Origin: Octopus vulgaris
Lineage: Eukaryota
Length of the DNA stretch: 64,000 nt
Assembly: GCA_951406725.2 (NCBI GenBank)
Contig: OX597835.1
Coordinates: forward strand, 8,680,001 to 8,744,000
Direction of reading: 5' to 3'
Under the pieces are notes generated by a model. The model was not told where the DNA came from. It made no database searches and saw only the letters and a program-made list of their open reading frames with translations. The position numbers were made by a program, and so were the translations under genes. How positions within the stretch are numbered: position 1 is the stretch's first letter; each line of letters begins with the position of its first letter. Below are positions 26,760-39,959 of this stretch, piece by piece.

Positions 26760-27024
26760 ACAGCTTCTCTTTCTTCCTCTCCTTCTTCATCTTCTTTTTC
26801 TTCCTCTTCCGCTTCTTCTTCTTCTTCTTCTTCTTTTTCCTTTTCTTCTTCTTCTTCTTTCTCTTATTCTTCTGTTTCTTTTTTTCTTCTCTTCTTCTTC
26901 TTCTTCTTCTCCTTCTCCTTCTTCTTCCTCTTCTTCTTCTTCTCCTTCCTCCACTTCTTCTTCTCCTTCTTCTTCTTCTTCTTCTTCCACTTCTTCTTCT
27001 CCTTCTTCTCCTTCTTCTTCTTCC

Positions 27025-27055
<31 letters not shown>

Positions 27056-27059
27056 CTCC

Positions 27060-27090
<31 letters not shown>

Positions 27091-27108
27091 TCTTCTTCAT
27101 CTACATCT

Positions 27109-27140
<32 letters not shown>

Positions 27141-27309
27141 TTCTCCTCCTCCTCCACCTCCTCCTTCATCTTCTTCTTCCTCTTCTTCTACTTCTTCCTC
27201 CCCTTCTACTTCTTCCTCTTCCTCTTCTTCTTCTTCTTCTTCTCCTCCTCATCCTTCATCTTCTTCTTCCTCTTCTTCTACTTCTTCCTCTCCTTCTACT
27301 TCTTCCTCT

Positions 27310-27341
<32 letters not shown>

Positions 27342-27415
27342 TCCTCCTCCTCCTCCTCCTTCATCTTCTTCTTCTTCTTCTTTTTCTTCTCTCCCTCTCT
27401 TTCTTCATCTTCTTC
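26760..27415. repeat. Polypyrimidine (CTT/CCT)n tract
   Basis: Direct reading. Confidence 0.95.
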
Positions 27416-27859
27416 CACTCTTGCTGTTAACAAATATAATAATAAAAATAAAACAAAGCTCACATCTATGAACTTCTATCATCGCTGTCAATCCTATTTA
27501 CCCACTCCCACCAAAATTATTTTAATTCACCGATATCGTTATCACGCATAGTGTTATCATTATCCCCATCTTCATCATCATCACTATCTTCATCACAAGC
27601 ACAACACCTCATACCCCCACATCTACTCTCCGCTTTAATCACAGCAAACACAACAGCACAAAAATGATAACCAAAAAAGCACACCAACACACCGCTACCA
27701 TCGCCACCACCACCACCACCACCACCACCACCACCACCACCACCACCACCACCACCAGTATGAACAACACCACCGACATCGTCACAGCTATCTTGATTTT
27801 TGAAATGATTTAGCGGCATTTGCTACCATCGCCGCCACCACCGCAATGATGGTGATGAC

Positions 27860-28370
27860 GTAGAGGATGGTGGTGATAATGATGATGGTGATCATGAGCA
27901 TGATCATGATAATGATGTTCAATGTCAATTCCATCATCATCATCATCAATATCATCGTCATCATCGTCATCATCATCATCATCATCATCATCGTCGTCGT
28001 CGTCATCATCATCATCATCAATACCATCATCATCATCATCATCATTATCGTCGTTGTCATCATAATCATCATAATCATCAACGTCATCATCATCATCATC
28101 ATCATCGTCGTCGTCGTCATCATCATCATCATCAATACCATCATCATCATCATCATCGTCGTCGTCGTCGTCATCATCATCATCATCATCAATACCATCA
28201 TCATCATCATCATTATCGTCGTCGTCATCATAATCATCATAATCATCAACATCAGCATCATCATCATCATCATCATCATCATCGTCGTCGTCGTCGTCGT
28301 CATCATCATCATCATCATCATCATCGTCGTCGTCGACATCATAATCATCATCATCATCGTTATGGTCATT
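27860..28370. repeat. (CAT/CGT)n microsatellite with higher-order structure
   Basis: Recurring variant blocks CAATAC and ATTATCGTCG..CATAATCATCATAATCATCAAC. Confidence 0.9.
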
Positions 28371-28619
28371 ACATTTCATCGTCAGCACTATCATCGCCAC
28401 CGCTTCCAGCTGCAACAACATCGCCAATGCAGCAATCTGTGTCACCGTTCAGTCCTCACGAACGTTATCACAGATGAAATTTCACTCAATTAATTTTATT
28501 AATTACTGACATCACCATTCTAATGAGGGGAAAAGAAATTACCAACGACTTATTTTGAAATCCTCAACATTTCTCACATTGGACAATATTATGTACAGTT
28601 ATATTCACACACGTGCGCG

Positions 28620-28703
<84 letters not shown>

Positions 28704-28780
28704 CGCAGTCTTTTCCTATTTCTTGCTCAATTTTTTTGAATAAATGCTTGTTTCTATACTTCTGTATTTGTGTGCATATA

Positions 28781-28864
<84 letters not shown>

Positions 28865-29058
28865 CATACATACATATATATGTATATCTACATGTATACA
28901 TATATATACGCACATATATATATATATTTATGTATATATATATATATCGTCATTATCACCATCTCCACCACCACCACCACCACCACCACCACCATCAATT
29001 ATCATCATCATCGTCCTCGTCATCATCATCATCAATATCATCATCATCGTCGTCGTCG

Positions 29059-29089
<31 letters not shown>

Positions 29090-29185
29090 GTATATATATA
29101 TATGCGTATATGTATATATATATATATATATATATACGTATGTGTACATAAACATATATAAAAATATATGTATGCGATATATACA

Positions 29186-29243
<58 letters not shown>

Positions 29244-29576
29244 CATGTGTGTGTGTGTATGTGTGTATACCAAGATTCAGAGAAAGGGCAACGTATATTG
29301 AGCTAATACATGATTGTATAATATGCTTGAACCCAAAAAGTATTAATTACTTTTACAGAAAATTGAAGTTGCAAAATATAATTTAAAGGAAAAAAAAACA
29401 GAATTTAATTAAATAAAAGTTCATTTAAGTAAAAATGATTTGTGGCAGCTGATTCTTTGAAGATATAGATTTGCGGAAATATTTGAATTATTGCCTCCTA
29501 TATTCCCAGTTTAGTTATGTAATATAAAAAATTGATTCTCCACACATTTTTCAGCCTATGTTCTATGTCGCGCTTT

Positions 29577-29957
29577 GTGGAGGCGCAATGGCCCAGTGGT
29601 TAGGGCAGCGGACTCGCGGTTTCGATTCCCAGACCGGGCGTTGTGAGTGTTTATTGAGCGAAAACACCTGAAAGCTCCACGAGGCTCCGGCAGGGGATGG
29701 TGGTGATCCCTGCTGTACTCTTTCACCACAACTTTCTCTCAATCTTACTTCCCGTTTCTGTTGTACCTGTATTTCAAAGGGCCGGCCTTGTCACACTCCG
29801 TGTCACGCTGAATATCCCCGAGAACTACGTTAAGGGTACACGTGTCTGTGGAGTGCTCAGCCACTTACACGTTAATTTTACGAGCAGGCTGTTCCGTTGA
29901 TTCGGATCAACCGGAACCCTCGTCGTCGTAACCGACGGAGTGCTTCCATCCATTCCA
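29577..29957 (+). mobile_element. tRNA-derived SINE family B, full length with 12-bp TSD
   Basis: GGCGCAATGGCCCAGTGGTTAGGGCAGCGGACTCGCGG tRNA-Arg-like head; TSD TATGTCGCGCTT at 29564-29575 and 29958-29969. Confidence 0.92.
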
Positions 29958-30179
29958 TATGTCGCGCTTAGATATATGAGAAAAAATTGAGTCAAAAGAG
30001 TAAGTGTTAAATTCACAATGTAAAACCATATGTGTTTGGAGTCCTTTGCATTGCTTTCGTCGCTCAAAGAAGCGACGTTTTGACATACGGCATCTCTTGC
30101 AGGTAGTAAAACCCGGATGAACGTGTCTCTTTGAAGATGTGTTATTATATATGGAGGATGGTGACGGTGATGTTTGAAT

Positions 30180-30417
30180 GAAGGTGATCCTGGCTTTGAT
30201 GATGAAGTTGATGATGATGATGATGATCGTGATGATGACGTCGAGATGATGATGATGAAGGGGATGGCGATGATGATGATGGGGATGACGACGACGACGA
30301 CGAGGTTGATGAAGGTGTTGAGGATGAGGATGATAAATGATGAAGTGCACGCAATGTGTTGCTGCCGTCGAAGACAAAGAAGAAGAAGAAGGATGAGAAG
30401 GGGAAGTAGAAGAGGAA

Positions 30418-30464
<47 letters not shown>

Positions 30465-30828
30465 ATGAGAAGAGGAAGTAGAAGAAGAAGAAGGAAGAGA
30501 GGAAGAATGTGGAGGAGAAGAAGAAGAGTGAGAATTGGATGAAAAAAAGAAGGGTGAGAAGGGGAAGAAAAATAATAATAAAAAGAAAAGGAAGTAGGAA
30601 AAGAAGAAGAGAGAGGGAAGAATTAGAGGAAGAAGAAGAAGAAGAAGAAGAAGAAAAGGAAGAAGAAAAAAAGAAGAAGAAGGAACAAGAAACCATGGAG
30701 GAGAAGAAAGAAAGATAAGAAAATGAAGGAGACTCACAAAAAGATGAATGAGTTGATCGATGTCGATGAAAATGACGATAACGTCGACGAAGGCGATGGT
30801 GAGTGTGATGATGATGATGATGAGGATG

Positions 30829-30860
<32 letters not shown>

Positions 30861-30870
30861 GATATTATGA
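30180..30870. repeat. (GAT)n - (GAA)n - (GAT)n low-complexity block
   Basis: Direct reading. Confidence 0.9.
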
Positions 30871-31659
30871 CGATGATAAGTATGACAGTCTTTGTATGGA
30901 TCTCAGATGTTGCATGTTTTTTTTTGTTTTTATCGGAATCGTTGTTTGTTCTGAGGTTTATGGAAGAATCTGAAGTGATGGAGGATAAAACTAAAAACAA
31001 AACAAAAACATACACGAAAAAAAAGAAACAAAGAAGCGAAAAGTGGATAAGCTTACAAGTTTCTCAAGCTATCAGGATATTTGATTCCATTGTCAAAGAT
31101 ATTACATTGAAAAATCCTATATTTTATTATAATGTCATCTCCATACAAAACCAACCACGTTTTTATTATTTTCGCATCAACATTTCACCAATTTTTTTCA
31201 CAAGATCTCATGTTTGATTCCTGCCAAGGATTGACTTTGATAATTTTTTTTCTTTTACAATCACTTAAGCTTCCTTTGTGCACCTTTAAAGATCTGTGTG
31301 GGCATGCATGAGTATTTGCGTGTTAGCATGGATGGGCGTGCGCATGCGTGGGTATGTATGTATGTATGTATGTATGTATGTATGTATGTATGTATGTATG
31401 TGTGTGTGTGTGTCTATGGGCATGTTTCTGCGTTGATATGCTATATATACACGCATATCAAAGGTTGTACAAAGGTATGTATACGTGTATATATATCATA
31501 TACATAAATATATGAAGGTGCATGCCTTGGTGGTTAAGGTGCTGCACTCACAATCATGAGATTGTATGTTCGATTCCCAGACCAGGCATTGCGTTGTGTA
31601 ATTTCTGAAATATCGCATGCTGGTTATGGATAAAGTTTTACGAACAATGTACCTGTTTT

Positions 31660-32112
31660 TCACGGGACAAGAGGCCATGAAAAGCAAGTCCACCGTGGAA
31701 CTGATAATGATGCTCATTTTCGACTGCAAGGGCATTGCCTACATCCATTGGGTTCCCTTATGCAACACGGTCAACACGGTCAACACGCTAAATTACAGAG
31801 TATCTGTACCAGGAAAATTGCCTCAGTCCATAGTTCCATCCTGGTAACCAACTTCATGACAGATATGGGCATCAAAATTGTCCCTCACCCATTCTATTTT
31901 CCCTGTGACTTTTGGTTGCTCCCCATGCTGAAGGAGAAGATGAAGTAGGCTGTGACATGTGTCCTGGACACCATCAGTTTCGAAGATGTCTGTAGATTTC
32001 CCTGAAGTCAGAGAATCCTGCTTTGGGGGAGATTATAATTTTGTACTTCGTTGAATTTCTTTTTAAAAATCACTCCTGAGACAGTATCAAAACTTCTGGA
32101 ATGCACCACGTA
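31660..32112 (+). mobile_element. Highly decayed mariner 3' fragment
   Basis: MLIFDCKGIAYIHWVP and IVPHPFYFPCDFWLLPMLKE; TIR-like AAACTTCTGGAATGCACCACGTA end. Confidence 0.75.
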
Positions 32113-32244
32113 TTGCGTGTTTAAATGTTAACTTACATTGTAATTTCATAAAAGAAATCATCGCTCTGAAAAGTGCAAATATAATAACAAATAGTATACG
32201 GTGATTCTATTTCGAGACACAACCGTTCAGAAAATAATAAACAT

Positions 32245-32484
32245 GTGGAGGCGCAATGGCCCAGTGGTTAGGGCAGCGGACTTGCGGTCGGAGGATCGCG
32301 GTTTCGATTCCCAGACCGGGCGTTGTGTGTGTTTATTGAGCGAAAAAAACACCTAAAAGCTCCACGAGGCTCCGGCAGGAGGTGGTGATCCCTGCTGTAC
32401 TCTTTCACCACTCTAAAAGGCGGTGCTCCAGCATGGCCGCAGTCAAATGACTGAAACAAGTACAAAAAAAAAAAAAAAAAAAAA
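32245..32484 (+). mobile_element. Chimeric SINE: family B head joined to family A tail, then poly(A)
   Basis: B sequence to ...CTCTTTCACCAC (~32411), then AAAGGCGGTGCTCCAGCATGGCCGCAGTCAAATGACTGAAACAAGTA. Confidence 0.8.
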
Positions 32485-33569
32485 TACCTGAAACCCCAAA
32501 AAGGAATACAAAAAAAACAAACAAACAAACATGAAGACAATGATTGCCCACACAAACATAAAATAGCAACTATAAAATCCAGAGCGAGAAGAACAATTAG
32601 ATCTTCTCTACACAAAACTGGATAAAGAAATTCATAGCATAAAACCGAAACCAATCAATAATGTCTATTAGAAGTTACAGGCGAAGATATAGAAGAATAG
32701 AGCTATTAATACGATGCAAAAAAAATATCAGACACCACAGCTAATAAAAGTACACATAATGCGCATTATATGCAATACATTCATACTAACTATAGAATTG
32801 AGGAACATCTGAAACGTATCTCATAGAATGGAGCAGAAAATACATTATGTGAAATGATAAACGAACACAATTTAATAATGTTGTAACATATTAATTGAAG
32901 TCTTTCTTATGAACAACAAACCACAATCATACAATCACGCAAACAAGCGACTAATGAACAATGTAATTCATAAGTTGAATTGCAAACGTGAAAGACTTAA
33001 AATTAATGGCTTCCGTCCGCAATACTCTCATAAATATACGACATTCATCTCGACAGCATGCGTTCCATTTAGAACGAGCAATTACAACGTACGATAACAC
33101 GCCATACAAAACAACCAGCAAGGAAACATTAACAAGCAACACACGTATTACGTATACTACGCATACTGTATTACACACACACACACACACGCGCGCACAA
33201 ACACACACAGACACTCACACATTTCCCTGCAAATTACAGGATTAATAGTGGAATCAATTTTTAGAGCACAATACAATGTTAAAACAACAAGATGGGAAAT
33301 TTTAATTAGCGATTTACAAAACAATACTCCAAATCAATCCCACTGGCCCTGTCCTCTGTATGGAGCTAAGGATTAAGGATGGATCTCGGGTATTCACAAA
33401 GCGGATATACTTATTTGCTCTACTGTAATAACTGCTCACCGAATTAACGATTACAAAAGTACTCTTAACACAAAATCTCAGGGACAACCATATGAAAATC
33501 AGCAGTTTTTTTTAACGGTTATTCTTATTAGAATTAGAAAGGTAGTTGAGATTAAACCTTGGCGCTAAG

Positions 33570-33626
33570 AGTCGCTGATGAGGATTATTATGGTCCACAT
33601 CAAAATCTGAAATCGTCGATCCGACT
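33570..33626 (+). ncRNA. Type I hammerhead ribozyme motif, canonical core
   Basis: AGTCG CTGATGA GGAT..ATCT GAA ATCG-T-CGAT C CGACT; three stems pair, AUC cleavage triplet. Confidence 0.75.
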
Positions 33627-33782
33627 ATAAACACTGGGGACTTACCTCCTTTTCGTCAGTCATTAAGATAGCGCTTTGTGGCTTTTCAGTTGCTTTAACT
33701 CTTATTTCTAGCAATAGTGGAGCCAATTCACTACTCACTATCGCGTTTGTAACCTCTCTCCCTCTCCCTCTGTATAAATATG

Positions 33783-33811
<29 letters not shown>

Positions 33812-33814
<3 letters not shown>

Positions 33815-34116
33815 ACGTGATTACGTGACCGACCAGACCATCAGATGTTGCTACACATCACTGGTCACAATGCGTTTGCATTGTTTTAGCCGTCGAATGA
33901 CGCCACCTCGCTGGCTAAGCGAGCAGGCCAACAGAAGAAAGAGTGAGAAAAAGAGTGGTAAAAGAGTACAGCAGGGATACCCCCGCCCCCTGCCGGAGCC
34001 TCGTGGAGCTTTTAGGTGTTTTCGCTCAATAAACACACACAACGCCCGGTCTGGGAATCGAAACCGCGATCCTGCGACCGCGAGTCCGCTACCCTAACCA
34101 CTGGGCCATTGCGCCT

Positions 34117-34119
<3 letters not shown>
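33812..34119 (-). mobile_element. SINE with family B head but a different 3' half
   Basis: Shares tRNA-like head and GCTCCACGAGGCTCCGGCAGG; 3' half ends GGTCACGTAATCACGTGA; fragment of same tail at ~37097-37220. Confidence 0.88.
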
Positions 34120-34190
<71 letters not shown>

Positions 34191-34680
34191 TGTAAACAGC
34201 CAAGCACAATGTGATACCATAAAGGATACAATCAATCGTCACTGAGATTGACTTAGGATACCCGAGTACCTACATTGCTGGAAATATGAGTTAAAATAAT
34301 CTTAATATTTCAGGAGGAGCGGAGAATGTACACAAAGCTGATGGAGATTTTCTAAAATGAACACAGGATATGTGGAGCAAAATTTCAGACGAAAGACACT
34401 AAATCAACAGCATTAAAGTTGAAGTGAAAATCCTAAATACAGTGTATGTGGTTAATTAGCAAAAATATGACCTTCCCAAAGGCATACATACACACACACA
34501 TACACACACACACTCACATATATAGGAGAAATTGAAAAGGGAGACAAGCGTTCAGATTGTGATTAAAACATTTATATATCTTCATATGTTCTAAATATGT
34601 TTCGATGGATGCATTCAAAATACCGTACTTAGATCTTTCCTATAACTTGCACACTCATGAGTACATACATACATATATGC

Positions 34681-34728
<48 letters not shown>

Positions 34729-34735
34729 TTTTTAA

Positions 34736-34924
34736 CATGTGACCTCGTGAGCACCGCCAGCAATTTTTTTTCCTCTGTCTTCCCTTCTCGGTATCTTTCC
34801 TTCTCCTTTGTTTCCGACGAAGAGCTCCGCTCGAAACGTTAAACCCTCCTTCTTCCCTTCTTTCCTGAGCGTCCAATAATACTTTATTTGTTCCACGTCC
34901 TCGCGTTGCTGTGTTTTTTTTGTG

Positions 34925-34925
<1 letters not shown>
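34736..34925 (+). mobile_element. Short (TA)n-embedded element with minimal hammerhead (34810-34844)
   Basis: GTTT CCGACGA A GAGC-TCC-GCTC GAA ACGT T AAAC; homologous to 38191-38402. Confidence 0.75.
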
Positions 34926-34959
<34 letters not shown>

Positions 34960-35071
34960 GTATATTCTAATCGAAATCGTTTCCATGAAGCACGCTTGGA
35001 GAATTCACAGAAGTATCACATGGCACCATTGTTAGCCTTGTTGACTCATAAATAACGTATATATATATATT

Positions 35072-35107
<36 letters not shown>

Positions 35108-35117
35108 GACAAATGGG

Positions 35118-35195
<78 letters not shown>

Positions 35196-35643
35196 CATAC
35201 ATACATACATACATATATAAATGCACGCAACAACCCAAATGTTTATAATAGCGTCTTCTGAGAGTCTGTGTATTTTGCATTTATAGTTTATGTGAAGTAA
35301 CTTGTCTTTGCTGGAAGCCGGGATAAAACATTAATCTTGGCCATTTTGTGGAAACATTCACATTTATACGTCATAAAAGACATTGCATTGGAAATAAAGC
35401 GAACAAAAAGAATTCATGTTTCAAGTACTTCTTTACGAGATCCTATCATTTATGTAATTTCAAATCCTGCGTTTTAGGAGAAATAAGATATTAAAATTAA
35501 AGTATTAATTACATCGCTAGAAATTTAAGTACTTTCGGATTTTAAAAAGTAAATAAAGCATATTATTAACGAAACGTATAAATGATGACTAAATATATAA
35601 TAACGTCATTATCTGTGTATATCTTTATACAGTAAGCTGTTAA

Positions 35644-35763
<120 letters not shown>

Positions 35764-36330
35764 GACATCTATGATATTTGAAAATGCAGAAAAATATTCA
35801 TGGATTTTTTTTTTAATGCATGACGATTGTGAAACAAATTTTAATGCAAGATTCCTCCTGTTAAATAAATTCGAAGAATAAAATTTTTTATAATAATAAT
35901 AATAATACTAATACTAATACTAATAATAATAATAATAATAATTATTATTATTATTATAATAATGAATATTCCAGGAAAAGAACGTATATTTGAAGTTTCA
36001 CTATAGAGCTTTGCAAGTAATACGAACAACAATGGATGTTGTATCGGTTCCATTGTCCAACGACAAAAGAAATAAAAACCTATGTGATTTACTGAAGCAT
36101 TGAGGATATATGTGAAAATAGATTTCAGAATTATATATTATTAATAAGAAAAAAGCACACAAATTGCACGCAAATTTCGTGTTCTTTATTACGGGAAACA
36201 GGAAACATTTAAGTTTCTTTTTAAATATTACACTTTCTTTCCTTCTTCCCTTTAAGACAATTTCTTCATTTTGCAATTTCATTTTCATGAATTGATGCAT
36301 ACAGCCATACGCATATATATATACATATAC

Positions 36331-36392
<62 letters not shown>

Positions 36393-36861
36393 GTATGTAT
36401 ATATATATTCATATGCATATATAGGTTATACTCATAAATTTACATATAAAATACAGTATATGCATTTGTATGCCTGGGCATATGGATATGCTTTCGTAAC
36501 TCACTAATAATATTTATGATAATTTATACTGCAATGCTCTCACACACAGTCACACAAACACACACAAGCTCACATACGCCCACATGCACAGATATATATT
36601 GCACGCATTTAACTATATATATATATCATTGCTATTATGTTAAACTGCCGTATGTCCAAATTTGGCCAAAAGCGTTTATTTCAATATATATTTTTACTTG
36701 CAGTAGTCAGTTCTTTTGGTCAATCTATCCTACCTACAGCTGCCAAGATATGAAAACCAAATTGTCAAAGTTTAGTACAACAGTTTTACTATGGAATGGT
36801 AAAAATATGCTTACGTTTTCTGAAAATCAATGTTTCAGAATTACATTTTTGCGTAATAGTA

Positions 36862-37070
36862 CGCCATGTTGATTCGCTAGCTTCTGCACGCATTTTGTTT
36901 CTCTCCTTGTTTCTTTCTGTGTTTCTTTTCTGTGTATCTTTCTGTTGAAGAGCGTAGGCTCGAAACATAAAAGAATTGTTTTATTTATATTCCTGAGCGC
37001 CATACTAATACAATTGTTTGTTTGTAATCCACCTGCCTTCGTCTTTTGTTTATTTTCATAAAGCTTCCCG

Positions 37071-37072
<2 letters not shown>
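36862..37072 (+). mobile_element. Short element ending in (TA)n with variant minimal hammerhead (36937-36974)
   Basis: TCTTT CTGTTGA A GAGC-GTAG-GCTC GAA ACAT A AAAGA; homologous to 52997-53096 and a tail fragment at ~6216-6258. Confidence 0.7.
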
Positions 37073-37118
<46 letters not shown>

Positions 37119-37417
37119 CATGATCCCGTGACCGGTCCGTCTGTCAGAATTTGTTACACATCCCTGATCAGAATGCACATTTGCATTGTTTTAACCTTCA
37201 AAGAACGACAAACCGCTATGCATACATACATACGCATTAAATATGTACATATATAGGCATTATATATACATGTCTACACACACACACACGCATATATATA
37301 TAAATATATACACATTATATGTATATATATATATGTATATACATTATATATAATTATATATATATATATATACATTATATATAATTATATTTATATATAT
37401 ATATATATACACATATA

Positions 37418-37515
<98 letters not shown>

Positions 37516-37952
37516 AATTAACACAATACATCTGATTAATAATATCTGTTATGATTGTGCGATGGTGGTGGGCGATAATAATTCACCGTTCTAAAAGACG
37601 TGTGGCGTGAATATTTAAGCTTTTGCGGCTGTCAAGGCTTTCTCTCTGTAGATGAAGAGAGACGTACAGTGAGGGAGGTGGTGGGAGAAAGAGTTACAGA
37701 GAGACGAAGCTGTCAAACGTTGTTATAGAAAGATAAAAAATCACTCTTTTGCTGTAGCAACCACATCTTTATAGCTTGCGAATTTTAACCATCGCGAGTC
37801 TCATCCTCACCAGGCATTTAGTATCCCTGCCAATTTTCAGCTCGATCCTAGCCTCTGTTTGGCCGCCATTAAACATCAAATCAAAGTGTGCATACAATTT
37901 TCGTCCAAGGACTTTTATAGATATAGAATATATATATATATATATATATATA

Positions 37953-38135
37953 TAATGATAAATTTTAGGGAATAAATCCAAATTTACAAGGAAAAATCAG
38001 ATTAAAATTGAATCCAATTTTATAGTAAAATATTCATTTGTTAAATTTTAATTTATATAAATTATTTTATGTATTGGCTTAAGTCTTTCTTTGTTTGATT
38101 TGCATAATAGTGGTTTTGTCTCTAATTTTTTATAA
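37953..38135. mobile_element. Decayed copy of the 493-837 family between (TA)n tracts
   Basis: TAGGGAATAAATCCAAA...GAATCCAATTT and ATGTATTGGCTTAAGT...TAGTGGTTTT blocks shared. Confidence 0.8.
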
Positions 38136-38140
38136 TATAT

Positions 38141-38190
<50 letters not shown>

Positions 38191-38195
<5 letters not shown>

Positions 38196-38402
38196 ATCCA
38201 AACATGAAAACACAAAGAGAAAACACAACAACGCGAGGACGCTGAACAAGTATAGTATTATTGGACGCCCAGGAAAGAAGGATATAAGGAGGGTCAAACG
38301 TTTCGAGCGGAGCTCTTCGTCAGAGACATAGGAAAAGGAAAGATCCAAAGAAGGAAAGACGGATGGAAAAAAATCGCCAACGGTACACACGCGGTCACAT
38401 AT
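38191..38402 (-). mobile_element. Short element with minimal hammerhead, canonical CUGACGA core (38293-38327)
   Basis: Minus strand GTCT CTGACGA A GAGC-TCC-GCTC GAA ACGT T TGAC. Confidence 0.75.
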
Positions 38403-39430
38403 GTATCGTTAGATACATAGATGAATAGATGAATTAACAGAGAATAATACAGACAGACAGAGGGATATAGAGAGTACGAGAGAGATACAAATAATAAGTG
38501 ACGTAAATATCCCGTCCCCGTATAGATAGAATGTAAATTTGACTGTTGCAGGTTTTCAACTCAATTGGCAAAAATCTGAACTTAAGCACCGCAGTGTTTA
38601 TCATCCGTGACACTAATTATTCTGACAATTCAACACCAGACTCAGAATGTACCAAAGATAAGGTACAGCACGAACGCAAATTTACTCTTTTGGTTTACAT
38701 AACATCGTCGAGAAAAAAATGAAGATAACTGTATCCTGTGGTACTGAAATATGATTTTGGTACGTAGGATAGAAATAGCAGTAATATATAATATAGGGAC
38801 GGACAGGAATCTGCACGGCGGTTTCAACTAAATTCACGGCACCCTTTAAATAATTGGCTTCGGGTAAAAGGAAATTTTCCTTTTGGAATATGATCGTGTT
38901 ATGTTTAAAGTCAATCTACTGTATTTTAATTACATATACAACAGTGAGTTGAATTTTGATCAATTATACCTTAGTTGATGTTTGCAACATATATTAAATA
39001 TTTAAACTTTTTCCTTTTAAAATAATTCTGATAGAGCTTCGATTTCCTTCTGTTTTCTTTCTGTGGTTTCCATATTTTAAAATAAAAATGGAAAATCTCT
39101 GTTTTATTGACTTTCCATCCATTATTCACCAAAATATTTTCAACATTTCTTGAAGCTAAACTTAGTATTTTGAAAATATTTTCTCAAAGTAAACAATACG
39201 AATGTTCATTTTTCCATTGGGTTTATGGATCAAAAGTGATTTATGAGGATGTTTGCTAAACCGGAAATAGGGAGATTAAGTATGTTTCTTAATCACTTTT
39301 TCTTTCTTTTCTACTTTTATTTCAATGGAGACGAGAAATGCTGGAAACAGTGAAATACTGAATTATTTATTCATCTATAGCAAAACACGCTGCCACCTTA
39401 CAAGTAAATCACAGTCGCGTACATATATAT

Positions 39431-39816
39431 AACCAACCACATGGTTCCGGGTTCAGTCCCACTGCGTGGCATCTTGGGCAATTGTCTTCTGCTATAGCCC
39501 CGGGTCGACCAATGCCTTATGAGTGGATTTGGTAGACGGAAACTGAAAGAAGCCTGTCGTATATATGTATATATATATATATATATATAAGTGTGTGTGT
39601 ATATGTTTGTGTCAGTGTTTGTCCCCCTAGCATTGCTTGACAACTGATGCTGGTGTGTTTACGTCCCCGTCACTTAGCGGTTCGGCAAAAGAGACCGATA
39701 GAATAAGTACTGGGCTTACAAAGAATAAGTCCCGGGGTCGATTTGCTCGACTAAAGGCGGTGCTCCAGCATGGCCGCAGTCAAATGACTGAAACAAGTAA
39801 AAGAGTAAAAGAGAGA
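39431..39816 (+). mobile_element. SINE family A, slightly 5'-truncated
   Basis: Near-identical to 4879-5297. Confidence 0.9.
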
Positions 39817-39906
39817 GTATATATATATATATATATCCATATATACTTAAGTATATACATGTTGTTGCTTGCGTGAGTGTGTGTGCTGTGTATGTATGTA
39901 TGTACA

Positions 39907-39959
<53 letters not shown>

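Noticed and set aside
29577-29640. tRNA gene
   Set aside because: tRNA-like SINE head continuing into a repeat body with TSD; no complete cloverleaf
33640-33750. Minus-strand coding exon ending at GAG/GTAAGT
   Set aside because: No clear acceptor, partner exon or recognisable peptide
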